This document shows, piece after piece, positions 30,728 to 40,971 of a stretch of DNA of 64,000 nucleotides. Source of the DNA: Fimbriimonadales bacterium (GTDB lineage Bacteria; Armatimonadota; Fimbriimonadia; Fimbriimonadales; ATM1). Below the pieces are notes generated by a model that saw only the letters and a program-made list of their open reading frames with translations, was not told the DNA's origin and made no database searches. Where the stretch lies: contig JBGTLG010000036.1 of assembly GCA_041744215.1 (NCBI GenBank), positions 27,188-91,187 of the forward strand, in the 5' to 3' direction. Position 1 is the first letter of the stretch; the number at the start of each line of letters is the position of its first letter. The position numbers and the translations under genes were made by a program.

Positions 30728-31503
30728 ACGCACCAAAGCCGCAGGGCGATGTCGTCGTAGCCTCAGAGGAACTCAACTTCTACTACGGGCAAAATCATGC
30801 GCTTCGCGATGTAACTGTTGAGATATCCCGGGGCGAAGTGACGTGCCTAATCGGTCCCAGTGGGTGTGGAAAGAGCACGTTTTTGCGAGTGCTGAACAGA
30901 ATGAATGACCGGATTCACGGGTCAAGACAGACTGGAAAAGTTATTGTCGACGGGCAGAACATTTACGCGAGAGGCACCGATCTGATGCAGCTTCGTCGCA
31001 AGGTCGGCATGGTGTTTCAAAAGCCAAATCCATTCCCGGCCTCCATCTTCGAAAACGTGGCGATGGCGCCACGAATCCACTATGGGCTCAACTCGAGCCA
31101 ATTGGAAGAGGTTGTCGTTACCGCGCTTCAGAAGGCCGCACTTTGGGATGAAGTCAAGGACGACTACCGAAAAAAGAGCGGAATGTCGCTTTCGGGTGGT
31201 CAGCAACAGAGGCTTTGCATTGCGCGAACACTGGCAATCAATCCGGAAATCATCCTAATGGATGAACCTTGCAGTGCGCTTGACCCAATCAGCACATACA
31301 AAATAGAAGAACTGATCAAAGCACTAGCTGGTGACTACACGCTAATCGTGGTTACACACAATATGCATCAAGCAGGTCGAATCAGTTCTCAAACAGCGTT
31401 CTTCAACATGGGTGAACTGGTCGAGCACGGCAGCACCGAAGACATCTTCCAAAGGCCGAGACAACGCGAGACAGAGGATTACGTTAGCGGCAGATTCGGT
31501 TAG
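30721..31503 (+). CDS. pstB: phosphate ABC ATP-binding protein (start uncertain: CTG 30721 or ATG 30631)
   Basis: [41 protein letters not shown]. Confidence 0.93.
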   Translation: MVNAPKPQGDVVVASEELNFYYGQNHALRDVTVEISRGEVTCLIGPSGCGKSTFLRVLNRMNDRIHGSRQTGKVIVDGQNIYARGTDLMQLRRKVGMVFQKPNPFPASIFENVAMAPRIHYGLNSSQLEEVVVTALQKAALWDEVKDDYRKKSGMSLSGGQQQRLCIARTLAINPEIILMDEPCSALDPISTYKIEELIKALAGDYTLIVVTHNMHQAGRISSQTAFFNMGELVEHGSTEDIFQRPRQRETEDYVSGRFG

Positions 31504-32339
31504 TCTTGTCGAAACCCAATCCTGTCGAGCAGTGCAGTCAAGTCGTCGTCGTCGAAGAATGAGAGTTCGATCCGGCCACCCTTGCCTTGTCTCACGATCC
31601 GCGCCGATGTACCAAAAAACTCACTGAGCGGAGTGTCCAATTCGTGAGACGTGGGTTCACGCCGCACAGTGCTCACGCTCGGTTCGACGACCTGCGCGGC
31701 GCCTCGCGCCATGCGCTCAACGTCGCGAACGTTGAGCCCTTTCGCGATGATTTGCGCGTGCGCAAGCAACATCTCCGAATCCGTGTCGAACTGCAAAAGC
31801 GCGCGCGCGTGCCCTTCCGAAATCTCGCCTTCGATCAGCGATTCCCGCACCTCCTTGGGCAGCTTAAGAAGGCGCAGCGCGTTCGCAACTCCAGATCGCG
31901 ACTTCCCAACGCGCTTGGCAATCTCCTCCTGAGTCATCCCGAAATCGTTCAGTAGCCGAGCGTAGGCTTCCGCAGACTCAAGGGGCGAGATGTCCTCTCG
32001 CTGAACATTCTCAATCAGAGCGATCTGTAGCGATGCTTGCCGATCCGCCCCCCGAACCAAAACCGGAACGCTTTCGAGGCCGGCCAGCTTAGCCGCCCGC
32101 CACCTTCGCTCGCCCGCAATCAGCTCAAACCGATCTTCATCCAGCGGTCGGACGACGATCGGTTGAAGGATGCCGACTTCCTTGATGGACTCTGCGAGTT
32201 CCAGAAGCGACTCATCGGAAAAGCGCTTGCGCGGCTGCTGCGGGTTCGGAACGATCGCCGAAATGGCAACTTCGGTCGTAGAGTCGCCCTGACTCTCGCC
32301 GAGGAGTTGTGCTAATCCCTTGCCGAGCGCTCTACGCAT
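31500..32339 (-). CDS. parB: ParB/Spo0J partition protein
   Basis: [32 protein letters not shown]. Confidence 0.95.
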   Translation of the reverse strand: MRRALGKGLAQLLGESQGDSTTEVAISAIVPNPQQPRKRFSDESLLELAESIKEVGILQPIVVRPLDEDRFELIAGERRWRAAKLAGLESVPVLVRGADRQASLQIALIENVQREDISPLESAEAYARLLNDFGMTQEEIAKRVGKSRSGVANALRLLKLPKEVRESLIEGEISEGHARALLQFDTDSEMLLAHAQIIAKGLNVRDVERMARGAAQVVEPSVSTVRREPTSHELDTPLSEFFGTSARIVRQGKGGRIELSFFDDDDLTALLDRIGFRQD

Positions 32340-33087
32340 CCATGACCTCTGAGACGAACTCTTCATACGCCTTCGCTCCAATAGAAGACGGATAGCGGAC
32401 GACTGCAGGCTCACCGAACCCCGGAGCCTCGCTCAGTCTGACGTTGCGAGGAATCGTCGTCTTTGCGACCTTGTCGCCAAAGTAGCCTCGCAACTCTTCT
32501 TCAACCTGTAGACTCAATCGATTGCGCTTATCATACATCGTGAGCAGAACCTTCGCAATCTGCAAGTCAGGATTGATCCGCCGTTTGATTAACTCGAACG
32601 TCTTTACCAGCTGAGATAGTCCTTCGAGAGCATAAAACTCGCACTGCATCGGTATCAGCACCGCATCGGCGGCGGCAAGCGCGTTGATCGTCAGGATTCC
32701 AAGCGATGGCGGAGCATCGATGATGATCCACTCATAGCGATCGCGAATCTCTGCAAGCGCTTCGCGCAAGATCGTCTCCCGCCCCACAGTATTGAGCAAC
32801 GAAGGCTCTGCTCCCGCGAGGTCCAGGGTCGACGGGATGACCTGCAAACCGCTGAAACCAGTCTTGACGATTGCCTTTTCTGCCGGAAGGCACTCTGTTA
32901 GAACATCGTAAAGTGTTGCCTGGAGGGCTGGTTTGTCCACGCCCACGCCTGTCGTGGCATTGCCCTGAGGATCAGAATCAACAAGCAAAACCTGCTGGGA
33001 ACGGGCGGCCAGCCCAGCGGCGAGGTTGACGGCCGTCGTGGTCTTTCCGACTCCCCCTTTCTGATTGACCACGGCCCAAACTGGCAT
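32332..33087 (-). CDS. parA: ParA/Soj ATPase
   Basis: NQKGGVGKTTT, DSDPQGNAT, DAPPSLG, IPRNVRLSEAP. Confidence 0.95.
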   Translation of the reverse strand: MPVWAVVNQKGGVGKTTTAVNLAAGLAARSQQVLLVDSDPQGNATTGVGVDKPALQATLYDVLTECLPAEKAIVKTGFSGLQVIPSTLDLAGAEPSLLNTVGRETILREALAEIRDRYEWIIIDAPPSLGILTINALAAADAVLIPMQCEFYALEGLSQLVKTFELIKRRINPDLQIAKVLLTMYDKRNRLSLQVEEELRGYFGDKVAKTTIPRNVRLSEAPGFGEPAVVRYPSSIGAKAYEEFVSEVMDA

Positions 33088-33097
33088 GCCCGTCATT

Positions 33098-33472
33098 CTA
33101 CTTCGAGAGGGCGTATCCAAGCCAGCAAAGCGCGATTCCGCCGACAACGCTTGCCGCAACGTATACAGCCGCGGTCAAGTGCGCCCGTGCGTCGAGCAAA
33201 GTTAGCACCTCCAGCGAGAAGGCGCTGAAAGTCGTGTAGCCGCCCAGCAGTCCCGCGCCAATCAAGATCCGCCAGTGCTGTGGCGGATCCGAATTCAAGG
33301 CAAACCCGAGGAACGCACCGATTAGCGCCGCTCCCGTCAGATTGACTAAAAGCGTCGCCCAGGGAAACGCCGATGGCTTCGAGGTCGTGAGCCAGATGCT
33401 GATCCAATAGCGGGCATTCGCGCCCAAGCCTGCACCCACGAATACGAGTAAAGACTTGGCGATGGGAGACAT
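33098..33472 (-). CDS. crcB: fluoride efflux channel
   Basis: GANARY, FPWATLLVNLTG, GLLGGYTTFSAF. Confidence 0.95.
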   Translation of the reverse strand: MSPIAKSLLVFVGAGLGANARYWISIWLTTSKPSAFPWATLLVNLTGAALIGAFLGFALNSDPPQHWRILIGAGLLGGYTTFSAFSLEVLTLLDARAHLTAAVYVAASVVGGIALCWLGYALSK

Positions 33473-33480
33473 ACAAGCGA

Positions 33481-35472
33481 TTATACAGGAGCGCCTAAGT
33501 GAGAATCGATTTGTAAATCCTCATACACCCTCTCGATCTCCTCCTCCGACCCGTCGCCATCAATGAACAGCCGGTGCCACACCTCTAACGCAAGCAACAC
33601 CCAGATACCCTGTTCTCGATCCACTTTTCGGCTCAGGTGATCCTCAACGACGCGTCGCACAACATCTGGACGGAAGTAGCCGCGCGACAATGAGCGCTCA
33701 CTGAGCAGCGTGTCGCGCACGAAGTTCGCCCACGGTCCGATGAACCACCGAGTGAGCGGAACCGTGAATCCGACCTTGCGACGATAGATTGCTTCCTGCG
33801 GCATATACCTTTCCGCAAGCCGCTTCAGCAATCGTTTCGTCTCCGTTCCCTGCACGTGATAGGATGCTGGCAGCGACGCAGCGAATTCGACGATGCGGTG
33901 ATCCATCAATGGAACACGAGCCTCTACAGATGCTCCCATGCTCATACGATCTCCCTTAACGAGCAGATCATCTACAAGTCGTGTCTGAATGTCGCAGTAC
34001 TGGAATCGCTTCAAAGCCGATGAACTGTCACACTCAGCAATGATCGGCACGATGGATCGCCGAAGAAACTCCTCGCCTACATGTGCGCGCAACTCTTTAT
34101 CCAAGATCGCGGATTGTGCCCAGAAGTCGAATGCTCCGTACCAAGAAGAGTAACGCTTTGCAGGTTCGTTGAGCGCCAAAATCTCTAAGATTGCTCTGAG
34201 CCTTCTCGCCTTGAAAGGCATCAACTTCCCACCGGTCTTTAGAAGGGCCTTTCTAACGAGAGAAGGCATCCAATCGAAGTACTTGGAGTATGCATCGAAG
34301 GCGTACTTGCCGTACCCGCCGAACTGCTCGTCGGCGCCTTCCCCGCAGAGCATGACCGTCACATCCTGTTTGGCATGCTTGCACATAAGGTACGTCGGAA
34401 CAGCGGGCGGCTCACCAATCGGCTCGTCATAAATCCAAGCGAGATGAACAAGCTCGCGCAGGTACTCCGACGCCCCCACGTTTATCTCGTTATGAATCGT
34501 CCCGTAGCGATCGGCCACCATGTTGGCGTATCGCAGTTCGCTAAAGCCTGGCTGATCGAAACCCACAGAGTAGGTGTGGATCTGCTTGCGCTCCCCACGC
34601 TCTTCTCGCGCAAGCTGCATCATCGCGACAACGATGCTGCTGTCGACACCGCCAGACAGCTCCGCCCCAACAGGTACATCCGACATCAGCTGCATCGCAA
34701 CTGTCTCACGCAACATCCGATCCAGTAGCTCAAGGGCGTCGTCAAATTTAGGTGGACTGTCTGGGACGGCGAATGACGGCCGCCAAAATCGCTGCGGTTC
34801 TGTTGGTTCCCGATCGCCCAAGCCTATCGATATCCATGTTGCCTCTTGTAATTTGTGAACACCTTCAAACATGCTATAGGGTCGAGAAACGTACCGACAC
34901 GTGAGAAACTGTGCAAGCCCTGCAGTGTTTACGGCTGGCTTCTGAATGCCCGGAAACTTTAGCAAAGCTTTTACTTCACTCGCAAACACAAGCCGATTGC
35001 CGTCAAAGAGGTAGAAGAGGGGCTTGACACCCATGTGATCGCGCGCGAGATAAAGCCTCCGGGCTCGAACATCGTAAATCGCAAATCCAAATATCCCCTG
35101 GACTCGTTGGAGAAGACCCTCAATGCCCCACTCTTCAAAGCCATGTAAGAGCACTTCGCTGTCTGCGTTCGATCGAAACGTGTGCGCAGCCGCGATCAGC
35201 TCAGCCTTGAGTGAGCCGAAGTTATAGATTTCTCCATTGAACACAAGCCACAACGACCCGTCCTCGTTCGACATCGGCTGGTCTCCGGTGACCAAGTCGA
35301 CAATAGCCAAGCGACGAAAGCCCAACCAACACAACCCATCCGGAGATTCCCACTCGCCTTCGGCGTCGGGACCACGGTGTCGGATCGAATGGAGAATGGC
35401 TTTTCGGTGTTCAGTTGCGAGGTTTAAGCCAGGGTCGCCCCCGACCCTGAAGAATCCTGCGATTCCACACAT
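33481..35472 (-). CDS. asnB: asparagine synthase (glutamine-hydrolysing) family amidotransferase
   Basis: MCGIAG, HRGPD, FNGEIYN, LSGGVDSS, GEGADE, VEARVP. Confidence 0.9.
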   Translation of the reverse strand: MCGIAGFFRVGGDPGLNLATEHRKAILHSIRHRGPDAEGEWESPDGLCWLGFRRLAIVDLVTGDQPMSNEDGSLWLVFNGEIYNFGSLKAELIAAAHTFRSNADSEVLLHGFEEWGIEGLLQRVQGIFGFAIYDVRARRLYLARDHMGVKPLFYLFDGNRLVFASEVKALLKFPGIQKPAVNTAGLAQFLTCRYVSRPYSMFEGVHKLQEATWISIGLGDREPTEPQRFWRPSFAVPDSPPKFDDALELLDRMLRETVAMQLMSDVPVGAELSGGVDSSIVVAMMQLAREERGERKQIHTYSVGFDQPGFSELRYANMVADRYGTIHNEINVGASEYLRELVHLAWIYDEPIGEPPAVPTYLMCKHAKQDVTVMLCGEGADEQFGGYGKYAFDAYSKYFDWMPSLVRKALLKTGGKLMPFKARRLRAILEILALNEPAKRYSSWYGAFDFWAQSAILDKELRAHVGEEFLRRSIVPIIAECDSSSALKRFQYCDIQTRLVDDLLVKGDRMSMGASVEARVPLMDHRIVEFAASLPASYHVQGTETKRLLKRLAERYMPQEAIYRRKVGFTVPLTRWFIGPWANFVRDTLLSERSLSRGYFRPDVVRRVVEDHLSRKVDREQGIWVLLALEVWHRLFIDGDGSEEEIERVYEDLQIDSHLGAPV

Positions 35473-35567
35473 TTATGTTCCTCATTAGATGCACGCACTG
35501 CATGATTTCCAGGCTAATAGCCGAACGTTTTCCCCGTCGCAACTTGTAATTGGCCATACTCCAGAGC

Positions 35568-37598
35568 ATGAGTGCCCGGGCACTATGGCCTTTCGCCGTT
35601 CTCGCTGTCGTTGCGTTCCTTCCTACCTGGCAGTTTCTATTCGGCGGTCAAGTCCCAGCTCCCGTTGACCATGTGAATTCTCTCCCTCCGTGGAACGGTG
35701 CGCCTGCAGACTCGCCGATAGACATTTTACAACTAGATGGCGCACTTCAGTTCTTGCCATGGCGCGAATTAATGCTGGTTTCTTACAAAAAGGGCGAAGT
35801 ACCTATCTGGAACGACCACGTTATGGGTGGAATTCCGTTCATGGCAAACTCCCAATCAGCGCCACTGTATCCATTGCACATCGCATGGGGTTTAACCGAC
35901 CTCTCCGCCGAGGCTCTGCTCTCATTCTCTGCTTGGCTGCACCTCTGGATCGCGGGCTGCGGCATGTTCCTGCTCTGTCGCAGGCTAGGAGGTGCCGTCG
36001 GCGGCGCGCTGATCGGGGCGACCGCTGTGATGCTCTCCTCCTTCTTCATCGGTTGGCTCCAACTTCCGAGCGTAGTTATGACCGCGAGCTGGATTCCTTG
36101 GGCGATGGTTGGTGTGCTTCGCCTTTTTGAGGAACCGACTGGCAAGTCTGTCGCGAAGCTCGCATTGGCGATCGCCCTCATGCTTCTCTCGGGTCATCTG
36201 CAAATCGCTATGTATGGGTTGTTGGCAACGGGGTTGTATGCAATCTGGCTTGGCGCATCCCGCAGGCTGATAAAGACTCTCGCATGGGTGGCAAGCGCTC
36301 TGACTTTCGGCCTGATGGTCGCTGCTCCACAACTCGGGCCCGTTCTCGAAAACGGGCGCGAAGGGCACCGAGCACAACCGCCGACCGCGGACGGTTATCG
36401 TGGATACTCCGCCCTCGCGCTTACCCCGCGTCACCTGTCCGTCCTCGTCGCGCCGACCGTATTCGGTTTGCCAGGGGAATGGGTTGAGTTGGAAGACGGC
36501 AGGGCTCCGTCTTACTGGCTCTCACTCGAAGAGCAAGGGAGGAACTACGCCGAGTTGGCCCTCTACGTCGGACCCGTCGCTATCCCTCTCTTCCTGCTTG
36601 GGTTCGCAGCGTTGTGGCGTCGGCCGGAAGCGAACTTCTTCGGCTTCTTGGCTGTGTTTGCTCTTCTGGTAGCGCTCGGAACATTCGTGACCCAAGCGAT
36701 GTATTGGGGGATCCCCGGTTGGGCCGCCACCGGGTCGCCGGGCCGAATTGCGATACTGGCGGTCATTGCGATTGGCGCACTCGCAGGGGCGGCGATTCGG
36801 GAGGATCAAGAAAGGCCTACACCGGTTGCTGTCGCTCTTGCGGCTCTGTTTGCGGCCATGCTCGCTCTTTTTGCTTTCACGCAAGTCGCGGCGGAGCCAC
36901 AACATCCAATGCAGGCCGCATCCCAGGCAAGCTCGCTCCCCTGGCTCATCGTCTTCGGTATCGGCGCATGCGTTGCCATCGCCTGCGTTTCTTGGCGAAG
37001 TCTCCACGCGAAGACTCTGGTTCCAATCTGTCTCCTGCTGGCTGCTCTGGCCCCAGCCGTTGCCCAACGGAGCGTCAATCCCGGGGCAGACAAAGGCCTA
37101 TTCAAGCAGCCGTTCGAAGGGCTCGAACACCTCAAGGGGAAACTGATTGCAGTCGTCAATGATCAATGGTCGCTGCTAGGCCCCGGCCCAATGACGATCG
37201 CGCCCCCTAACTCGTTATTGCCTTATGGCATTAGGACTCTCGACGGCTACGACTCCCTCGTGCCGCGAAAAACGAAAGCGGTGCTCGACGGCATAAACGG
37301 GCAAGACTCTGCGCCACTCGCGAACGGCAACATGATGCTTATCAAGCCTGGGTTCGACCCAGCCAAGCTCCGGGCAGCGGGCGTCAGTCACGTTATCTCC
37401 AGACATGACCTCGACCTGCCGGTCGAAGAGTCGTTCCCCAACTGGAAACTTTACAGGGTCGGCGACGTGCCCTCGCCGGAGTCGGGGCGGCCCGCAACGC
37501 CCAGGACCTACACCCTCGGACTTTTGCTGGCAATGGTTGGTGTTTTCGCCCTGTTTGCGATATCATATAGGCGGAATGCCGACTCAGACACTTCCTGA
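35568..37598 (+). CDS. YfhO-like polytopic membrane protein (putative GT-C)
   Basis: PIWN...GIPF.AN.Q..PLYP, GHLQ, GYDS, many TM. Confidence 0.7.
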   Translation: MSARALWPFAVLAVVAFLPTWQFLFGGQVPAPVDHVNSLPPWNGAPADSPIDILQLDGALQFLPWRELMLVSYKKGEVPIWNDHVMGGIPFMANSQSAPLYPLHIAWGLTDLSAEALLSFSAWLHLWIAGCGMFLLCRRLGGAVGGALIGATAVMLSSFFIGWLQLPSVVMTASWIPWAMVGVLRLFEEPTGKSVAKLALAIALMLLSGHLQIAMYGLLATGLYAIWLGASRRLIKTLAWVASALTFGLMVAAPQLGPVLENGREGHRAQPPTADGYRGYSALALTPRHLSVLVAPTVFGLPGEWVELEDGRAPSYWLSLEEQGRNYAELALYVGPVAIPLFLLGFAALWRRPEANFFGFLAVFALLVALGTFVTQAMYWGIPGWAATGSPGRIAILAVIAIGALAGAAIREDQERPTPVAVALAALFAAMLALFAFTQVAAEPQHPMQAASQASSLPWLIVFGIGACVAIACVSWRSLHAKTLVPICLLLAALAPAVAQRSVNPGADKGLFKQPFEGLEHLKGKLIAVVNDQWSLLGPGPMTIAPPNSLLPYGIRTLDGYDSLVPRKTKAVLDGINGQDSAPLANGNMMLIKPGFDPAKLRAAGVSHVISRHDLDLPVEESFPNWKLYRVGDVPSPESGRPATPRTYTLGLLLAMVGVFALFAISYRRNADSDTS

Positions 37599-37863
37599 GA
37601 TCATTGATGCCGGAACCGGCTACAGTGGCAGGTTCATGACATTGATCTACAACAACGACACCAACACGTTTGACGAGGTGATCGAGGCTCTGATGCGCGC
37701 GACAGGCTGCGCCGTCGACGAGGCCCACATGGAAGTCTGGGAAGCGCACACATACGGCAAAGCGCCCGTACACTTCAGCTCACAAGAAGCTTGCGCTGCA
37801 GTCGCAACTATCGTCGGAAGAATCGGTGTCCGAACCGAGGTGAGGCCGGAGTGGGACGATTGA
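37576..37863 (+). CDS. clpS: ClpS-like adaptor protein 1
   Basis: LIYNNDTNTFDEVIEAL...EAHTYGKAPV. Confidence 0.75.
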   Translation: MPTQTLPEIIDAGTGYSGRFMTLIYNNDTNTFDEVIEALMRATGCAVDEAHMEVWEAHTYGKAPVHFSSQEACAAVATIVGRIGVRTEVRPEWDD

Positions 37864-38159
37864 CAGTTTTTTCATCGTCCGTGGTCATCCCGGAGAAGCA
37901 AGATGAACTGTCTACTGGCTCGGGCGGAGGCGGTGGCTGGGTTGTTACCGTATACGATAACGATCGCAACACGTGGGAAGAAGTGATGATGATTCTTCAG
38001 TTCGCAACGGGATGCAATGTCGAAGAGGCATACATGGAAACCTGGGAAGTGCATCATCAAGGATTAAGCGTTGTCCATTGCGCCGCGAAAGAGGAGTGCG
38101 AAAACGTTGCCGCAATCATTGCGCGCATTGGAATCAAAGTGTCAGTGTCTGAGTCTTAG
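37860..38159 (+). CDS. clpS: ClpS-like adaptor protein 2
   Basis: VYDNDRNTWEEVMMIL...EVHHQGLSVV; TTG start overlaps the upstream TGA. Confidence 0.75.
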   Translation: MTVFSSSVVIPEKQDELSTGSGGGGGWVVTVYDNDRNTWEEVMMILQFATGCNVEEAYMETWEVHHQGLSVVHCAAKEECENVAAIIARIGIKVSVSES

Positions 38160-38205
38160 CTACGATTTTCGAGCAACTCTTGCGCTGGCCCGCCTTCGAC
38201 ATTCG

Positions 38206-39132
38206 CTACTGTTCGAACAAACGAAGGGACTCAGCCGATCCTGGACGTAAGCCCAAATCCGTCAGCGTTTGCGCGCCGAGCAAGACGTTTTTTCGCATGC
38301 TGACGCGTGAAGATTCAGTAAGCACATGGCCATCGGTATCGTAAACGATCGCTTCGGTAGCGCGCGCAATTCCCTCTGCCGCTTCCTGAAGCCGGTCAAA
38401 CACATCGACCGGCGATGGGGAGCAGGGCAGCGAGTACCCAATGGCCAGTCCCTCAACACCTCCCTCAATGAGCGTAGAGAGCCCCGATTCATCTTCGATG
38501 GGATAAACCCATAGCAGCGGCTCAGGCCAGCCTTGCGACCTCCATTCCAAAAGCCCACTTTCTCCAAATCTAAACCCAAATGCATAGGCCTCTTCAACCG
38601 CTCGCAGCGTCTCGAATGCGCCAATGTCTCTTTGAATTATCAAGTCAACGCCGACGTCGAAAGATTCTCGTATGCTATGGAGCCGCTGTGCAGCCGCTTC
38701 AACCTCATCTGGGGGGGGCATGGCAATCGCTCGTCGCGTCCAGGGTGCACCGATGCGATCGCAGCGAGACCAAAGCTCTTTGGCGTTTGCACTGGAAAGC
38801 GCTCCACGTTTGCTGACCAAGTCCCAGGCGAAAGCCAGAGAGTCGTACGAAATCGCGGTGTCGCCTGTCCACAAAACGCGCCAGCGAGGCTCGCCCGGGA
38901 CCATCACATAAACCTCGGGATCGCCTAAAGATGCGCGAGTCTTCGAATCTAAGAGTGACTTCGCTTGAGTAGCCGGGACCAAGTTCGGCCCAACAAGCTC
39001 GATTACATACTGGACTTTGTGATACGGCCCAGTCTCCGGTTCCCAGCCAGGCATAGACACTGGGTGAAGTGCCTTGTGAGGATCAGCGGATAACTCCCGC
39101 CCAAGCAACTGAAAAAGCTTCCCCTCGTTCAC
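38206..39132 (-). CDS. hypothetical protein, ZipA C-terminal-domain-like
   Basis: WDLVSKRGALS...AQRL...FDVGVDL...DTDGHVLT...LGLRPGSAESLRLF recalls tandem ZipA_C proteins; GTG start overlaps the upstream stop. Confidence 0.5.
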   Translation of the reverse strand: MNEGKLFQLLGRELSADPHKALHPVSMPGWEPETGPYHKVQYVIELVGPNLVPATQAKSLLDSKTRASLGDPEVYVMVPGEPRWRVLWTGDTAISYDSLAFAWDLVSKRGALSSANAKELWSRCDRIGAPWTRRAIAMPPPDEVEAAAQRLHSIRESFDVGVDLIIQRDIGAFETLRAVEEAYAFGFRFGESGLLEWRSQGWPEPLLWVYPIEDESGLSTLIEGGVEGLAIGYSLPCSPSPVDVFDRLQEAAEGIARATEAIVYDTDGHVLTESSRVSMRKNVLLGAQTLTDLGLRPGSAESLRLFEQ

Positions 39133-39842
39133 GACGTCTCGATGTACAGATACCGCCCACAGCCCTCGCAAGTCTCAAGATCAACGCCAGACAGTATCGC
39201 ATCCTTCAGTGGCTTCGGGACGCGAGCCCGACAAACCTCGCACTCGCCTTCGTCCACCTTGGCAAGTCCGACCCCGCCGTGTGCCTTTCGCATCCGCTCG
39301 TACTTCGCCACTACGGCGGGATCCGCCGCTTCCACGGCCTTCGGCCTAATGCCTTCGAGCTGCGCCAGCTTCTGCTCTATCTCGACCTTCACCTGCTCGT
39401 ACTTTTTCATGTACTCATCCACGAGCGCCTGCTTCTCGGCCAAAGTCGCCTCTACGGTCTTCGCCGCCTCCTCAGCTGGCGGCAGTTCCTCCCAAAGCGC
39501 CAGGATCCTCACGTCGATATCACCGAGTCGAGCCTTGAGATTCTTCACCTCACGGTCGATCGATTCGGCGTCCTTCGCGTTGTAGACCCCGCCGGAGTAG
39601 AGGCGGTCATTCTCCGACTTGATCTTCGCCTCGATCTTTTTTTGCTCGAGTTCCAGGTCGGTTAGTTCGCCCCTCAGCGCCTTGAGCTTCCCGTTCGCCT
39701 CCTCAAACTGGGCTTGGGCCTCGTCCCGCACCTCGGAAACTGCTTTGCCTGGATCCAGGTGATCAATGCGGCGGCGCAGTTCTAGAATCGCGGTATCTAA
39801 CTTCTGGATCTTGGCGATTCGATTAAGGGCGTCGTTGAACAT
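39129..39842 (-). CDS. coiled-coil protein with C4-type zinc ribbon (DUF164-like)
   Basis: IQKLD, long coiled coil, CEVC...CEGCGRYL. Confidence 0.88.
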   Translation of the reverse strand: MFNDALNRIAKIQKLDTAILELRRRIDHLDPGKAVSEVRDEAQAQFEEANGKLKALRGELTDLELEQKKIEAKIKSENDRLYSGGVYNAKDAESIDREVKNLKARLGDIDVRILALWEELPPAEEAAKTVEATLAEKQALVDEYMKKYEQVKVEIEQKLAQLEGIRPKAVEAADPAVVAKYERMRKAHGGVGLAKVDEGECEVCRARVPKPLKDAILSGVDLETCEGCGRYLYIETS

Positions 39843-39922
39843 CTGGAGGATTATAGCGGGAGGGAGGAAAACCGCGAAGGCATATAGAATCTAAGGGAAG
39901 AGGCAGCCAGTAAGAGGCTCGC

Positions 39923-40309
39923 ATGAATAGCGTGTTCGCACATTTGATTCTAGACGTCCACAGCCTAAGGCGATCGATCGGATTTTATCGAGATCTGCTC
40001 GGCCTGCGGGTTCGTCAGACCGAGGAGCTTGATGGACACCATCTGGCCTACGTTGGGACCGACGATTTCGAAATCCTCCTGCTGGAACAGCCGGAAGATG
40101 ATCAGCCATCAGGCTTCCCCCGGGGCGGCGGGGTCGTTCTTAACTTTCGCGTCACCAACCTGGCGAGGGTGGCGGAAACCCTGAAGCTCGACCGAGTCAA
40201 TGTCCTACGCGACTTAGAAGAGCCGCAGTATGGAGATAGGACGCTGCTCATTGCCGACCCAGACGGCTACGCAATCCTCCTCTCCGAGCCCGTGGGAACC
40301 TACCACTGA
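39923..40309 (+). CDS. VOC/glyoxalase family protein
   Basis: H.IL.V..L.RSIGFYRDLLG...DPDG. Confidence 0.88.
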   Translation: MNSVFAHLILDVHSLRRSIGFYRDLLGLRVRQTEELDGHHLAYVGTDDFEILLLEQPEDDQPSGFPRGGGVVLNFRVTNLARVAETLKLDRVNVLRDLEEPQYGDRTLLIADPDGYAILLSEPVGTYH

Positions 40310-40347
40310 AACTTGCCGTTTGAACACCATCAGCCCGAGAGAAACTA

Positions 40348-40971
40348 ATGCCTAAAGAAGAATCGCAAACAAACGGATTTTCCCGTAGACAGTTCATACG
40401 AGTGTCTGGCGCCGCCGTCGCAGCGTCGACGGTCGCCGGGACGATCATCTCGGCCAAACCTAAACCTGACGCCGCGCCAACAGTCCCCGCGGCGCAAGGG
40501 GCGATCGACGTGACATTGAAAGTCAATGGCAAAACGCACACCTTGAACGTGCAACCACGAGTGACACTCCTCGACGCCCTTCGAGAGCGACTCGAGATCA
40601 CCGGACCAAAGCGTATCTGCGATCGCGGCAGCTGCGGCGGATGCACCGTAATCAAAGACGGAAAAACCGTTTACGCTTGCATGATGCTGGCAGTCGACGC
40701 ACAGAACAGCGACATCCTGACCGTCGAAGGCATGGGAACGCCTGAGAACATGAGCGTCGTCCAGGCAAAATTCGTCGAGCACGACGCTCTTATGTGCGGA
40801 TTCTGCACGCCAGGCTTCGTCACGTCCGTTCACGCGGTGCTCGAAAAGAACCCCAACGCGACCGATGCGGAAATCCGCCGCGCTTGCGCCGGAAACATCT
40901 GCCGTTGCGGCACATTCAACCGAGTGTTTGAAGCTGCAGTAGCCGCTGCAAAAGCAGGGGGGAGCGCATAA
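40348..40971 (+). CDS. xanthine-dehydrogenase-family 2Fe-2S subunit with Tat signal (PaoA/YagT-like)
   Basis: SRRQFI; CDRGSCGGC, CGFCTPG, CRC. Confidence 0.93.
   Translation: MPKEESQTNGFSRRQFIRVSGAAVAASTVAGTIISAKPKPDAAPTVPAAQGAIDVTLKVNGKTHTLNVQPRVTLLDALRERLEITGPKRICDRGSCGGCTVIKDGKTVYACMMLAVDAQNSDILTVEGMGTPENMSVVQAKFVEHDALMCGFCTPGFVTSVHAVLEKNPNATDAEIRRACAGNICRCGTFNRVFEAAVAAAKAGGSA

Noticed and set aside
31500-33087. parAB as evidence of a plasmid, prophage or nearby oriC
   Set aside because: Chromosomal Soj/Spo0J type among housekeeping genes; no rep, dnaA, DnaA-box cluster or parS noticed
33455-33490. Fluoride riboswitch upstream of crcB
   Set aside because: Only 8 nt separate asnB and crcB; the GGCGATGG match is on the wrong strand inside crcB
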